DNA from: Phoronis australis
Lineage: Eukaryota; Animalia; Phoronida
Reading direction: 5' to 3'
Assembly (NCBI GenBank): GCA_002633005.1
Contig: NMRA01000243.1
Coordinates: forward strand, 399,718 to 463,717
Length of the DNA stretch: 64,000 nucleotides
Numbering within the stretch: position 1 is the stretch's first letter; each line of letters starts with the position of its first letter. This document shows, one piece after another, positions 15,201-28,307 of this stretch. A program made the translations under genes and the position numbers. The notes beneath the pieces were generated by a model. That model was given only the letters and a program-made list of their open reading frames with translations, did no database searches and was not told the origin of the DNA.

Positions 15201-18200
15201 CTCCAGTAGATATAGGGGAGCCTCCACAAGCTGTTACCTTTGTCAAGACTTTCAAGATTCACATTACAGAAAAACATACACACAAGACAGGCCCACGAAA
15301 CTAGGCATCTGACTTTCTACCACGTATATATATCCTCCACTTAAGACTGAAAAAAATCTCAAAACGACCGGCAGAATAGACCAGTTAGCATTACGAAAAT
15401 TTACAGGTTGGTTTTTGAAACCACTGTGAGGTACGCTGTGACAAACAACATATTATCCGTGAAGCAATTCTTGACAACCGTCGAGGAATGCAATATAACC
15501 CTCATTCCCAGTCATTCTTACTCTCTAACTGACAAAGTCTGTGACTTACCAAAGCATGCCAATGCAGTAGATAATTGATGCTGGCTTTCTTCAACATGTT
15601 ATCGCAACCCCCGAAAAAACATTTCACTGATTTTTTATTTCAAATGCCGGTAAAAGGCTACAAATGAGATGTCAAATGAGGCTGTGAATCAATTTTGCAG
15701 CAACACAACTGACTCGAGCCGGAACTTGACGTGGCGTATCAGTGAACAAAAGCCAAAATTACCTCTCGTTCTTTGGACAAGTAAACGCTACTTTGTGGGA
15801 CAAAATATTGAATAGTTGGAAGTTGGTTTTACTTATACTGAAGACATGTGAAAGCCTGTTAACATCAAGAATTTAGGTTTCAAACCATATTTTTAGATTC
15901 TACTAATTACCAACCAAGCACAATGCTTCAGATTCAAGTCAATTCTGACTCAACTTCATATTTTCATTCACATGTGTTGTCGCTTATTCATTCATACTCA
16001 TGACAAGGCAGACCAGCACAGTTAAGTCATTGAACGGACACCAGAGGGAGAGAGGAGAGTCCATACTCTGTTGAACACACAACAATCCTCTCCACACCTC
16101 TGGAGAGGGATGTTATGCAACCCCTGTATTTGTTTACACAGAAAACAAGTTTCACACCTGATACCTTGACAGGGGTGTACTGGATAAGGGGAATACCTTG
16201 AGAGTCTGGCAAGATCCTGCAAGTCTCAGCAGGACATTGCCCTCTTATGTATTACACAGGCAGCATGTGGTTTCACAAACCATCACAAGCCACCGCTAGC
16301 CAGTGACTACAGTAAAATCTCCAATTTCAAACTAATATAAGTGCCAATACTGGCCTTTTTTGTTGCTTCCATGTCTTCAAAGTGTCATGGAATAATTTGT
16401 TTCACAAAGTGCATGATGGTTGCTATGGTATTTAACATGAACGAGGAAAGTATCAATTCGGCACAATAAATCTTTTATGGAAGAAATGAGAAAAGGGAAA
16501 TTTCAGTTTTCTGTCGTAGGGGACCCTTTAATTGGGAAATTTCATATGTGGCACTGCTGGTGTTTTTCAGATGCATTGTAAAGCCAGGGTCCTCACCCAG
16601 TGGAAGGGAAGCCACCCTTCACTGCATATGCCTAAAGTAGCCTAAACATTTTGCAGCAGCAATCCCAGTCTTGAGAATTTTTTAACCACTGGAGAACTTT
16701 TGGGCCTAAGGAGAGGAATTTCACACATTTTCAAATCTTTTTATAGTGGAATGAGGTCAATATTCGGCCCCAAAATTGAGGAATCAAGGGCACTGAAAGC
16801 AGCTGTGATCACGTGCTTGGCTTGTAATGCCTGGCGATATCTCGCGGAGACTTGCATTTTTGCGATTTTCTTGGTGCTATGAAGCACAGGTTCGGAATCT
16901 TAGGTGGTGAACTTTGCTTTAAAAATCTTTCGTGCAAAATATTTAAGAAAAGTCTATATACTCATACCATAGATGCATTTTAAGACTCACTTCCAATTTT
17001 TACATTTGTATATTTGTTACTTAAACATACTTGCCCAAAAAGCATACTGCAGTCGATCCATGCTGTTAATTATAGAGAGCCCAGTCGCCATCCCACGACG
17101 CATTTGAAAAACCACGACCTGACAGCGTCGCTAACTGAGTAAGTTTTGCCGCAGATGATGACACCCCAAATCTGACACAAGGGCCTGGTCTCTAATCTTT
17201 ATACTCGAAACGAACTATTTTTGGCAATTTCTCTGCTCCTTTCGTGCGAACTTAAGATAATTGGTTATCAGACTGTGCTCGAATACATTATAGTTTATGC
17301 CTAGGAGTTTCTAGTTGAAGTTTGCCCTTGAAGACCCATATATCCGTGCTACAAACTCGAGTAAAAACTCGAAATTTCAAGTTCAAACTCGAACTTATTG
17401 CTTTAATATTGGGTTTACAAACTGTGAACTAAGGGCAATAAATTATCTACGTAAGATATTGTGTACTCAAGCATAGAATAATACACTTATCTTGAGTTCG
17501 CCCAAAAGTAGAGTAGAAAATGCCAAACCTAATTTCGAGTTCCATTTCGAGTAAAAAGATTGGAGACCGGGCCAAGGAGTCACCCCCCGCAACCAAATGG
17601 CACAAGTTGTACATGAGATACATATGTACTTACATAATCGTGAAATGCTTTCGCCTCGCTCGAGTGATCACAAGTATCCCTCCTCTCGGGCGCAGCGCAG
17701 TACAAGTCCCAGAATACACTGAAATGAAAGACATAGAATAAACTTATTGAAGAACGCTGGATTTTTATTAACATAACATTGGCACACGCCCCTATACGTG
17801 CGATAATTAAATCCTCCGTACTCATCAAGGTCAATGACCAGGGTGCAAGAAATGAGGAACTTAACTTAAGGGGAACACAGGTTAAGCCGAATATGAACGT
17901 TTACAAACCAAATTTTTGAGAAGTTAGGGCTGGGAATTTATCGGGAACAGCTGAATCAAGTAAACGCAAAGAGGGGAGCTGCATCTAAGTCAAACACGTG
18001 CGTAAGAGTCGAATAAAACATAATTGGAAAGAGATGAAGTCAAAACTACACAGCGTTACACCTTTAGTAGTGACAGACCTCCTAGGTGTGGCAAAGAACA
18101 ACACAGGGGTACCCAGCTATTACAATAACGGCTGGAACAAATAACCTTTTTTTCTAATTACAGTAAAAAGTTTCCTGCTCAAGGTCAGAGCTTGTATCAA

Positions 18201-21200
18201 ATTTTAGAAATAGCTAAAAACGGCTGTCCAAAATTCAAGAATTACTACCAACGAGAAACTATGATTCACTTTTATGTTACAGGGCCTGGAAAGGCCAATC
18301 ACAAAAGAGGAAATTTTCCAGGTCATGTATCATTCCATAAATAGGCTTGCGTGATAAAAATATTTTGGAGTCGTAAAATTTAACTGAAATAAAACGTTTT
18401 TGCATGAATTAAGTCAAAATAATCACAAAAAAGAGATGCAAAGAGAGTAAACTTGAAATCAAATAAGAGGAAATCAAAACCAAAAAAGAGGAAATCCTCT
18501 TAAAAAGAGGATAATTCCAAGCCCTAATGCTACACGCTATGGGGATCCATGAAAGGTTGCATAAGCAGCTATTTTTGATAATTTAATGAATTACCAACTT
18601 TATTTTCAGACTGTTGATATAAAAACCGGAGAAAACTGATGAACGCCAACATCTCCCATGTCCCAACCTTCAGAATCAAGAAAATTCCTTTTCGGATAGA
18701 GCTTCATTGTCCCAAAACTTTAAGAGACTGTCCCAAATTGGAGAACTTTTACAAGTAGAAAATCTCCATTTTGAGACGGTGAAAATTTCTCAAGATCGGA
18801 CCTGAAATAAATGACTGATCTTTCATCTTAATGTAACACGTTACAGGGATGTACCGAAAATGTTGTATTCGAAGCTTTTATTGACAATTTTACGAACTGC
18901 CTGTTAATACAAAATGCAATGTGTCCTATGTTTGAGAAACCTGATGAACACCAAAATCGCCCATGTCCAAATTTTCAGAATCAATAAATTCAATTTTGAC
19001 TTGAATTCCAGTGTCTACGAATTTTGAGACTGACCCAAACTGCAAAATTTTTACCATACACAACATGTAAAGTGGATGTTCATTGGTTTGTGTTTACCAG
19101 ACGTCACAAAGAAGTGAAAATTAACAATTAATATTTACGGCCATTTTCAAAAAAAAAATTATCAGACAGTTCTTGACAAGATGAGAAATAGGATCGTGAT
19201 ATGAATCTCCACAATATCATTTTCCCAACAATTCTGGTCACCAAAACTACATGACTTGGAAATCATATGCGAAATTAACAACTTGAAAACAGATGTAATG
19301 AACCTGTAAAAATTAACAATAAGATTTTCAAAAACATGACCACAGACCTGTGTACCACCAAAATTGCATTCGAGTACTTTGGACACCAGATTTTTCAGTA
19401 AATTTACTGATTTTCGCGTAGAGACCAAACACCAAAAATGCAAACTTTGATCAGCACGTTAGCACAATGAAACTGTGTTTAGTTGGTACTTTTCCCAGCT
19501 ACTTACCTCTAAAACAGTTAAATACACGTAGTGATTTGACCACCAATTTTGAAAATTCTGTAAAGTGTTCAGATGGTGAACTGCACTTGCAGTAGTGAAA
19601 AGATCACGTTAATAAATGGAACAGTTCCTTATTGAGCTTCCATAATTACGTAAATACATGACCCAATGGTAATTTACAAATACATATACATGTTGTAACA
19701 AGATTCACAATAAAGAAGAGTTCCTCGCTTCAAAAGTTATGTTCGTTTCTCAACCAAAAACGTATCTGCAAGTTGAAAAGCTGGTTTGATTCCCTTCTGA
19801 TTCAGAAATTTTACAGCTACTTCTAGGCCAGCATTTTAGCTCTACCTGGCTTTTGCAAAATACAAAGTCCACTTCAGGTAATGAACAATGAGACTCACAA
19901 AGCTATGTAAACCAGAGCTAGGTTTTCCAAATTACCTGGTAAGGAACCATACAAAGACATTTAGGATACATGTAGAGGGAGGTATTACTGTCCTTCATAT
20001 AATCTGATGGACAGGTGGAATTCTATTGTGACATATTCACCAACATCAATACGGTATAAACATTTAGACATGTTTCTGAGTCATTATTACCCTAGATTAT
20101 ACCTATTTATCATGAAACTGGGAAGATAAAATTGAAAGCATTTTGTAAGCCTTAGAAAAACGGTAACTACAGTTTAGGCCTAATATTTCTGTACAAAAGT
20201 GAAAACCAATTTCAGTTGTCTTTAGACTAATGGAAGGTTTAGTAGGCAGTGGAGGTTGCAAGAGTTATCCTTCTCAAATATGAAATAACAACTGTCTGAA
20301 ACTGAGCAGTCTGTCAGCAAAGGTTGCATGCACAACACACCAAGGAAAGTTTTCCAAAATTTTGAACACTCCAATTCATGTTTTTGTACGCGGTTGCTTG
20401 GAATTCTGAGTTGGTTGAGATCAATATGATTTCTACCCCACGTCAATATTGATTTCATCATGTCCGTTTCCTAGGTATTCAACTAACATTCCATTTTGCC
20501 TCGTAACATGGGAGTTTGGCCAAGAAAGAACAGAGCAAAATTACAGGACACGCATATAGGTGTATTTATAAATGTGACAGGCAACTTATCAACAAAGTAC
20601 ACTTGGCAATGTCTTCAACAGGTGTTCGTTAAGCTAAATTACAGACATATACAATGGAAGAATTGAAATCTATTGATTTAATAACCTCAGTTAGCAAAAT
20701 AGTCTTAAATTACTTCAACTTGTCAATCACAGGTACAAGAATCCGTGAAATGACGAGCATCAAAAGACAATTTTCATTGTAGCACAGAGAATGTAACAAA
20801 TGATTTCAGAAAACATTTAGCACTTCTCTTCTGTACTTAATTATGTAGTGTTTGACAGATACAAGACTATACATTTCACATCTCAGTAAATTCTATCCCT
20901 GTTGTTAATCCAGCTTTGTTGTTTTTGCTGTTGTTGTTGTTAGTGTTGTTGACAAATCTATTATCTGCAATAGTGTAGAAACAAGGTATATGGATTTTGT
21001 GAGATACATAGGCTTTAGGAAGACAGCGATTTCATAGTCTGGAGTTTCAATTCACAGACAACAATCAATGAACGAGTTCTTTACAACATTTTGTGGAATA
21101 ACAATAGAACATGAATCACCAAAGACCAACTTGGAGCAGACAGGGCTTCAGATATGACGCCATCAATTTTGGACAAAAGGAAAAGCAAAGAGTGGACTTT

Positions 21201-24200
21201 TTCATTTTTGAAAGGCTTCTAACCATGCCATGAAAATTAGAGGAACCAAAGCTCTTGGTTGTAATCGCACCACTTACAAGTTTTCAAATCAATTTCAAAG
21301 TTCAGAATGAGAGTCATAATCTTTAAATCTGCTAAGTTAACCGTTTTGGTATGAAAAAATCAGCTTGCGTACCGATGCCCCTAAGCAGGGGACCAGGGTC
21401 CAAAATGGGTTTCCCAATTTCTCAGGGCGTCCATGATCAATAACGTGAGCCAGGATTCTTGTCACCCAAAGTCAACTTATTACTCTATGGTATGTTACTG
21501 TGGAAATATGGTCCTGCAGTAAAAGTTTTTCATATCTTGCATCATTTTTAAACCACATTTTTATTCTTGTCAGATCAACGACCTCCAGAGCTGCTGTTGG
21601 CAAGTTAAAACACAGACACTTGCTTATTTGTTTACTTGGGCGTCCAAATGCTGAAGAAAGCCTCCTTGGGTGCTGAAATTTGAGTCCAGTTGTCCTATTT
21701 GGACAACCAGGACACCTTCAAGATGAAGACCTGTAGCGGTGCCAAGAGGCAATACTAATTCTTACATGACGACATTACCAGGAGGCAGATACAGAAATTA
21801 TTTTTTTCGAGAAGCAAAATGTTTTGGTTCCTCTAATTTTCTAGTACACACATGCGTAATCGTGAACGACGAGGTCATGCCCCCAACGACCGAGGTTAAA
21901 GCGAACATTGGCATTAATGACCACCGACAAACTAAAGCATTCTATCCCGAGACGCTCTGTATTGCGAATCCTGGACGATTCGTCGATTGAAAGAAGTGAT
22001 TGCTGTATCCAAACAGATGTTAACTTTTCTGTATTAACGAGATGTCTACATGAATTATTCATGTAAATCAGTGATGGACAGTGTAGGATTGTCATCCAAT
22101 ACACACTGAAAAGCACAGTGCTTGTGCATGTAACTAAATGATAGCATGTAAATTATCAAATGATCCCATTCAGCAAAACATAGATGAATGTAGACACACG
22201 ACTAAATGGGACAAATAAAGGTGGTCATTATCATTCCTCCAGGTAACAGACATGAAGCATAAACTATAAATCAAAACTAACGGAAGCTTACTGAAATATT
22301 TCTCCCAACATTGCACAAATGCCTGGCCCCTTCTGCTGGGGATTGGCGACTGACCGATTTCCGCAAAAACTGTGTCACTCTCTGTCGACATTCCAAGACA
22401 AAAACTCTGGTTCCCTGACAACATGAATTAGACCACGCAATGTTCATTCAAGTAGGAGTTTTTGCTCAAACCACGAATCTCTGGCCCCTTCACGTCCACT
22501 GTCTAAAATGAGCATCGTGTCATTAAAGTGCTCATACACTGACAAGTTTCATCCACTACCACTGTATAATTTTCGCGTCGTTATGTGACACACAAAGTTA
22601 CCCCAAACAGACTTTCAAGACAATATATTCACTTGTTGAATTCTTTTTGTTGTTTGAGCTTTCTGAACCAAACAGTTAAAGGGGCATAATTTTACAGAAA
22701 TTAGCAGTAGAGCGGAATCGAACACACTAACTTTGTAGTAGTAGGAGCCAAATTCTCTACCGCTGAGCCAAATCCTACACGTTAAATAGCATGCCATGTC
22801 AAGGGTATTTAAACGACACATGCATCGGCTTTGATCTCAGCGAGTACCTAGCAGACATGACGAGACTTGGCGATTTGTAAAAAAATTACAAAAACACAAT
22901 GGATTTTGTTACTTAAAAAAACTCTGGTAGAAGCTTAATACCATCAAGAAGTCTATTCCACTTATTCATAATCCCAAAATTGCATTTTTCAGTCACATCA
23001 ATTGTTTTGTCCCTTTAAGGGCCTTTCTGTTCAAAAAACACCAAAAACTTTCTCAACACATCGAGACTTTTATCCCAACTGTGTCAAATTTAAATGCTTG
23101 GCAAAATTTGTTCTTTACAACTAACTAATTTCTTTAAGAAAGTTGTGTCACAACGGGAGATACGATTTTAAAAGGAAACTTGTCAAAAGTCACTTTCAGG
23201 GGTCCCACATTTTGAGAACCAGTTTTCTCCACTGACTAACGGGCACCAAACTGGTTCTCAAAATCGGGGAATCATGCAAGCGTCCGCTGCCGCAAATGTT
23301 CAGGGCTTGGAATGACCAATGACAAAAAACGCAGAAACTTTTACGGCCCAAATCATGCGCGCTACCCAGCCTTGAAATGGTTGATGTGAACCTTTCCCTG
23401 ACAAAAATCGGGAGGACTAAAAGAAACAAAAAAAGAAAACAAAAAAAACAAGAAAAACGTTATCACCATCAGTAGCATGCGTCTGCGTCCTTTTAGCTCG
23501 CCCGTCCACTCCCACCTCCACACACTTTTGGCTGCAGAGCCGTAGTATTTGTCACCGCGGTTTACAATAACACGAGACGCCATTGAAAATCCCACCACGC
23601 TATCCCAGATGCCCCGGCAATGTTGACAATTTACGTTCCTCCGAAACATGAAGAGCAACTTCCGCTTTTCGAGGTGAACGTCGTCGGCAACGCCGCGGTA
23701 AGAAAGGAATTTGCCACGGATATTTTATATCAAATCCGATTTTTTTACGCGGAAATATAATAAAATGCGAGGACAGAACATTTGAAAAAAGCGGAAATCC
23801 GCGTTTCCGCGGAAAATTCCAAGCCCTGAATGTTACATGATCTAAAGTAATTACATATCTGTTTTAAATCGCGGACAGACAACGTCCATAACCTGTACAG
23901 CCTGCACTCTAAATACCAAGACCATTCTTACTCAATACATAATTTGCTCTGAGGTCATGTGATCTTGTAATGACACTTTTTAAGAGTGCAAGGACTGCTC
24001 AATGCTAACCCAGACAGGAGTCAGTGGTAATAACTCTGTGCTGTGCAGTGTCCATATTCAGCTAATTTTGTGAGCAATCACAAACCATAATGACAATAGC
24101 GTCATACACCAGCACTAGTTACATAGTGATAACTGAAGATAAGAGACATTTATTTATCTGAGCTAACAATGAAAGGAGAGCAGATCAGGGAGTATGGATA

Positions 24201-27200
24201 TAACAGTATGAAGCAGTGCTTGACCGGAACAATGGCCTCACTTTAGTGAAAACTGGTCCTTTAAGATTGGAAAAGGAATGTTTAACACCTGTGCTCCATT
24301 CCCATTTCCAGTTCTAGGTTCCACTGGATTGAAGAAAACTTTTAAAAAGGCTACCAATAATTCAAACAGTGTTGGGAATTTTATTTTTACAATATTTAAA
24401 TCTTTTAGAAAGAACATAAATAATAAGACAGTGACCTCTGGTGGCAACTATACAATAAGCCTAACATTGTTTCCACTATTGGAGACCAAATCTTCGGCAT
24501 GGTGAGACAGAAAAAAAGTTGTTGCACACAGTGGCGGACATTTTTCATTGACACTACAACAAGAGTGAGACTTGTAAGGGCGTGACAAACCCCACAGAGA
24601 TTTTGGCAACCTATGAATTTTGAATAATAAAAAATTATTTGCAAAACATGAGAACTGAACATTTGAAAACTGGTCAATAAAACGACTGTACACAACAACC
24701 CTAGTAAAACTAACGTTTTAGCAATTGAATTAAAATTCTCAGACTTGTAACATACCGTGTATAGTACTTACCACCACCATGAATGTAAAAATCCTGGGGG
24801 CTCTCCTAATGTGATATTTTTCTCCCACCTTATCTGTAAATAAAATATCAACAAACTTAAATTTTAACAACATAGGATAATGAAAATCCTTATGGTTACC
24901 ACATAATAGTAGTCACCATATTACATAAGTTTGTTTAATGAATTTAACAACATTTCACGAACAAGATTTTTCTATGCAACATTCTTAGCATAAATGCAGG
25001 GTTTCCAGTGTGTGCAAAAATCTGAGAGGCCCACACGTCACAGACTTTCGTTTTGGCAGCCGCCACCCTCAAGCTTGCTCATATTGACCACCAAACTTCT
25101 AATCTGATTGGATGTTACACCGCCACATAAAAATGAAAAACGCAATTAAGAACAAACTCGAAAAAGCTCCTGTTGACACTAGTACAAGGTGTGGGATGAA
25201 CAATGATTTAAAATCAGATTTTGTTTCCCCCGTGCCAGCATTACTTCTTTTCGTCGTCTCACGTTCATTTATAAGCGAAGGACCTTGATGTCGCTCTCCC
25301 ATTAGGGATACTCTTATCATTAGTTCTGGGGATTGAACCCAAGATAGCGAAGTTGATTCACACGCTCGATTGAATATGTGTGTTGCTTATAGCGACTTCT
25401 AGTGATTACTGCAGTCAGAGTGGATTAAACCTTTCCCACTGCAGTAGAATTGTGCAACCCCATAGCTTAATACGGAGACGAGGATGCAATATCTGAGAGT
25501 TAGCACTTTTCCACTGGACGAAATTCCTAATACATGGGGTGTTGCAGCATTGCTGGAAATGCGACACAAGACCGCTCGGTTATCCCACAATGCACTATTA
25601 TTAAACACGGTCTATTTTCCCACACAATGAAGACTGGCTTTGAACGACCTTGACACTGATTTACAAGGGTGTGACTTAAAACGGAATGGAATTGGGAACC
25701 AGATAAGTTGAATATACGTAGTCTGCATGAAAATCGTCTGCTATGATGTCGATACAACTAATTTGTATTAAGCAAATATAGCCACAAGAACCTTCACCTC
25801 CTACACAATTTCAGGTGTTAAACTGTAAATATTCACGAGTGCAGTAGAATATCATCTACTTTAGATGGAAATAATCGCCAGAACTGTTTAGTTTCCAATT
25901 TTCAAGGTCTTCTAGCGTTGTTATGTTCCTAATATTTCGAACTGTTGCCAGGTGTTAAATATGGTAAAGAGCTGAACATGGAAAAAGCATTTATTCGGAG
26001 CTGCATATTCTTAATCAGGGCATGGAATAAACAATGACAAAGAGGAGGAAAACTTTCCAGGTGATGTATCGTTCCACAAATAAATAGGCCTCCCACACAG
26101 AAATATTTTTTGTGTTGACAAACATTTTTGCATGAATAAAGTAAAAATAATGATAAAAAGAGACGAAAGAAGAAGAAAGAGGAAATCCTCCTACAATAGG
26201 AAAATTCCAAGCCCTTCTTAATGGAAATGAAAAAAAAAATGTCCGCCATGTTTTGCCCTAAATTAGATTTTCCCAAGCAAGCTCCGAGGGCCTCCACTCC
26301 CAAACTTCCCCCTGGGTCTCCGCACCAGGGACTCGTCTGCAACCATCATTGAGACGGTTTAAAAAATGATGGCTTGGATGGCACGACTAAGAGAGAAAAA
26401 AAGACGGCCAATTTTGACTACTCACGCTGAATTTGTCCGCCACGTTAGGTTTGAATGTTCATGCTTGGAATAGTTTTATTCCAAAAAGCACATTGCAGTT
26501 AACACATACTTTCAACTCTGCTGCGTGCAAATGACAAGTGTTGTTTACAATCACATTGTTTACATGTCACCAAAATGTGTGAAGTCACCAGATGTTTAGG
26601 AGCTGACAACAGTCTCATAATGCACTTGAAAAACAACATCAGCACCACAGGTGAAACGCCTAAATTTGACTCAATGTGTTTCCAAAAGACGAACAACTGA
26701 AACGTTGAGTTCTTCAAAAGATCGGAAACTGTAGCTGAACTACCAAAATCGACTACTCAACTTTTGAAAAGAAACAACTGCTTTGTCGCGCGTTCCGCTA
26801 CAGCATCAAAATGTCCCAAGCCCCACTTTATAACATACATGGCGATATTTACATACTGAAACCACTGTCTTCATGCATGGAGGCATATTTTTGTACTTTT
26901 CCATACGACGAGCGCCTAATTTCATCCCTCCACATCCCAGTAGAAAAAAACAGCCGAAAATTTAAAATAAAATACACCATCAGTTTGGGTGTTACAGCTA
27001 ACACTTTCCCCTTGCAGCTTGACTTAGATCCAGATCTCCAGGTTTTTCGAAAGTTGGCAACTAGACAACTGTCACAATAAAATTGAGCCCTTGCCACAAA
27101 TCGGAATCGAATTTGAACACAGCATGAAGATCTTCAGTAAAGGCAGAGACAATCTTATCAGGTAAGTTATTTTGAAGCTTAAGCTGTATAAAAAAGGGGA

Positions 27201-28307
27201 ATAACAGTAATACAATGAACAGTGTCTGTAGTAACCTTCGAAACAAATAGGTCATTCCAAGTTCAATTCGGCCTTGACCTTGTAGGTCATACTTGGTCCA
27301 AATTACAGTGTAATGGAATTCAGGGAACATTCGCGGGTTGGTACCTCATATGTGACATTGGAATGTACCCACCTAAGCTAAGGGAGTGCAACATATCACC
27401 AGCTCTCACTCGCATACAGTCTTCATCATGTTCATACTTTGGCTATCCTGTATTTCACACACACACGCACACACCAAGACTTCAAGTGTTGAAAGTCAAA
27501 TGTACTCTCAGACATGGAATTCACATGTAGATGGGGACCAGAATGGTACATCACAAGAAAATTCACATGGATTATCTCAATAATGTAACTCATAACCATC
27601 TACAGTACCAGACAATGACAGCCCATTGTCTTACAAGTATCTCAAAACTTGTGATATAGAGGGATGGTTGGTTCAGAAGACAGAAGTTGCAACTCAACTT
27701 TGATGACAGAAAGTCAAACATAAACTCACTTCTGATAAAAATGTCTGTGCTGATTTCTGTGCCCCAACGTGTAATAGATATTCGTAAACGTACAGTGCTA
27801 ACCTGGAAGAGAGAGAGAGAGAGAGAACGCGAGAGATACAGTTTGTGTTTGTGTACATATTCTTAAGTTCAAGTCATTCATGAAGTTGCACTGGGGGACA
27901 TGGCAATTGCAGACAATATAATTTCACAGCAACTAGCAGAGCAATAAGCGTTTATTGTTAATGTTGAAGAAGATACATAATTATAACATCTCGATGAAAC
28001 AAAATGAAACTTCTAAGTCATTTGTGAGCTAAACATTGCGGGATAAAATGCCGGTAAGTTGACGCCATTATGAGGTGTGATCAATAACTGGAACAGCCAT
28101 TCTAACATTTGAAAGGGGCATCCCTGATTCGCAGGTGGAAACAACATGGACTACCAAGCAATCGCAGTGAAAACTCGCATAAGTTTGATGAATTTGGATT
28201 AGTTTGGAGTAGTGCACTACCATAGACCATAACGACAATGAATCTACTTACTTTTCTCTAGCTTGCGCATCAGAAGGTACGGCTGTGCCTTTCCCCTTAG
28301 CGTACAT
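199..28307 (-). CDS. Ssdp: SSDP / single-stranded DNA-binding protein 2/3/4 orthologue (LisH/LUFS cofactor of LDB1/Chip); 5' five coding exons, gene continues past window start
   Basis: Spliced translation [106 protein letters not shown] is near-identical to the SSBP2/3/4 and Drosophila Ssdp N-terminus. All introns are GT-AG with compatible phases (2,0,2,0). Confidence 0.97.
1001..1091. repeat. Short degenerate tandem repeat (~16-17 bp, CACTTTCTGGTGACGG)
   Basis: About 5 imperfect copies read directly. Confidence 0.8.
1300..1745. repeat. 101-bp tandem repeat, ~4.3 copies
   Basis: ATG(T/A)AAGTATATCATAA recurs at 1340, 1441, 1542 and 1643. Confidence 0.93.
2445..2638 (-). mobile_element. tRNA-derived SINE (family A)
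   Basis: Reverse complement has A-box TGGCTCATTG and B-box GGTTCGAATCC; body aligns to the copy at 63430. Confidence 0.85.
3650..3783. repeat. 17-bp minisatellite (CCAATGCAATATGGCYR), ~8 copies
   Basis: Direct reading; produces spurious ORF 3596..3796. Confidence 0.92.
9088..9244. mobile_element. MITE with CAGGGTAGA termini (core shared with 44341 and 52065)
   Basis: Terminal inverted repeats cagggtagaattcaata / tactgaactctaccctg; inverted homologue at 52065-52211. Confidence 0.75.
10861..10990. repeat. 30-bp minisatellite, ~4 copies
   Basis: AATAATTTCAACAAGTCTRTCCCATCCAAC repeated. Confidence 0.9.
14063..14432. mobile_element. Dispersed non-autonomous repeat family (relatives at ~18160-19060, 37626-38008, 38527-38918)
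   Basis: Shared blocks such as CCAAAATC..CATGTCCCA..TCAGAATCAAGAAAATTC; inverted ends TGGTAAAAATTCTCC / GAATTTTTACC. Confidence 0.65.
17182..17573. mobile_element. PIF/Harbinger-like MITE
   Basis: ~30-bp TIRs GGCC(T/C)GGTCTC(T/C)AATCTTT..ACTCGAAA with 3-bp TSD AAG on both sides. Confidence 0.85.
17634..17718 (-). CDS. Ssdp: SSDP exon 4 ([29 protein letters not shown])
   Basis: 85 nt; tttcag acceptor, gtaagt donor; visible inside ORF 17580..17834. Confidence 0.97.
18280..18526. mobile_element. hAT-like MITE with 6-bp TSD (CAGGGCYTGGAA termini), nested in an older repeat
   Basis: TIR cagggcctggaa / ttccaagccct; TSD atgtta/atgcta; interrupts a repeat that is uninterrupted at ~14170-14290. Confidence 0.8.
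23301..23828. mobile_element. hAT-like MITE with 6-bp TSD, long variant
   Basis: Perfect TIR CAGGGCTTGGAAT / ATTCCAAGCCCTG, perfect TSD AATGTT; CpG-rich, suggesting a young insertion. Confidence 0.88.
24772..24833 (-). CDS. Ssdp: SSDP exon 3 ([20 protein letters not shown])
   Basis: 62 nt; tttacag acceptor, gtaagt donor; conserved SSBP sequence. Confidence 0.97.
26016..26216. mobile_element. hAT-like MITE with 6-bp TSD, short variant
   Basis: TIR cagggcatggaat / attccaagccct; perfect TSD CTTAAT; body homologous to 18280-18526. Confidence 0.85.
27730..27802 (-). CDS. Ssdp: SSDP exon 2 ([24 protein letters not shown], LisH motif)
   Basis: 73 nt; acceptor ccag preceded by a (CT)n tract; donor gtgagt. 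Confidence 0.97.
27807..27836. repeat. (GA)n microsatellite forming the polypyrimidine tract of SSDP exon 2
   Basis: GAGAGA run directly adjacent to the minus-strand acceptor. Confidence 0.8.
28252..28307 (-). CDS. Ssdp: SSDP exon 1 ([19 protein letters not shown])
   Basis: ATG at 28307, 56 nt, ends AA|gtaagt; matches the SSBP N-terminus. Confidence 0.96.

Noticed and set aside
19501-19520. Minus-strand ttttag-AG-gtaagt possible micro-exon or recursive splice site in SSDP intron 3
   Set aside because: A 2-nt exon would frameshift a conserved junction, and GAG|GT is not a canonical ratchet site.
25399-25608. ORF with [17 protein letters not shown], faintly like a LINE reverse-transcriptase C-terminus
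   Set aside because: Similarity too weak; no RT core motifs nearby.
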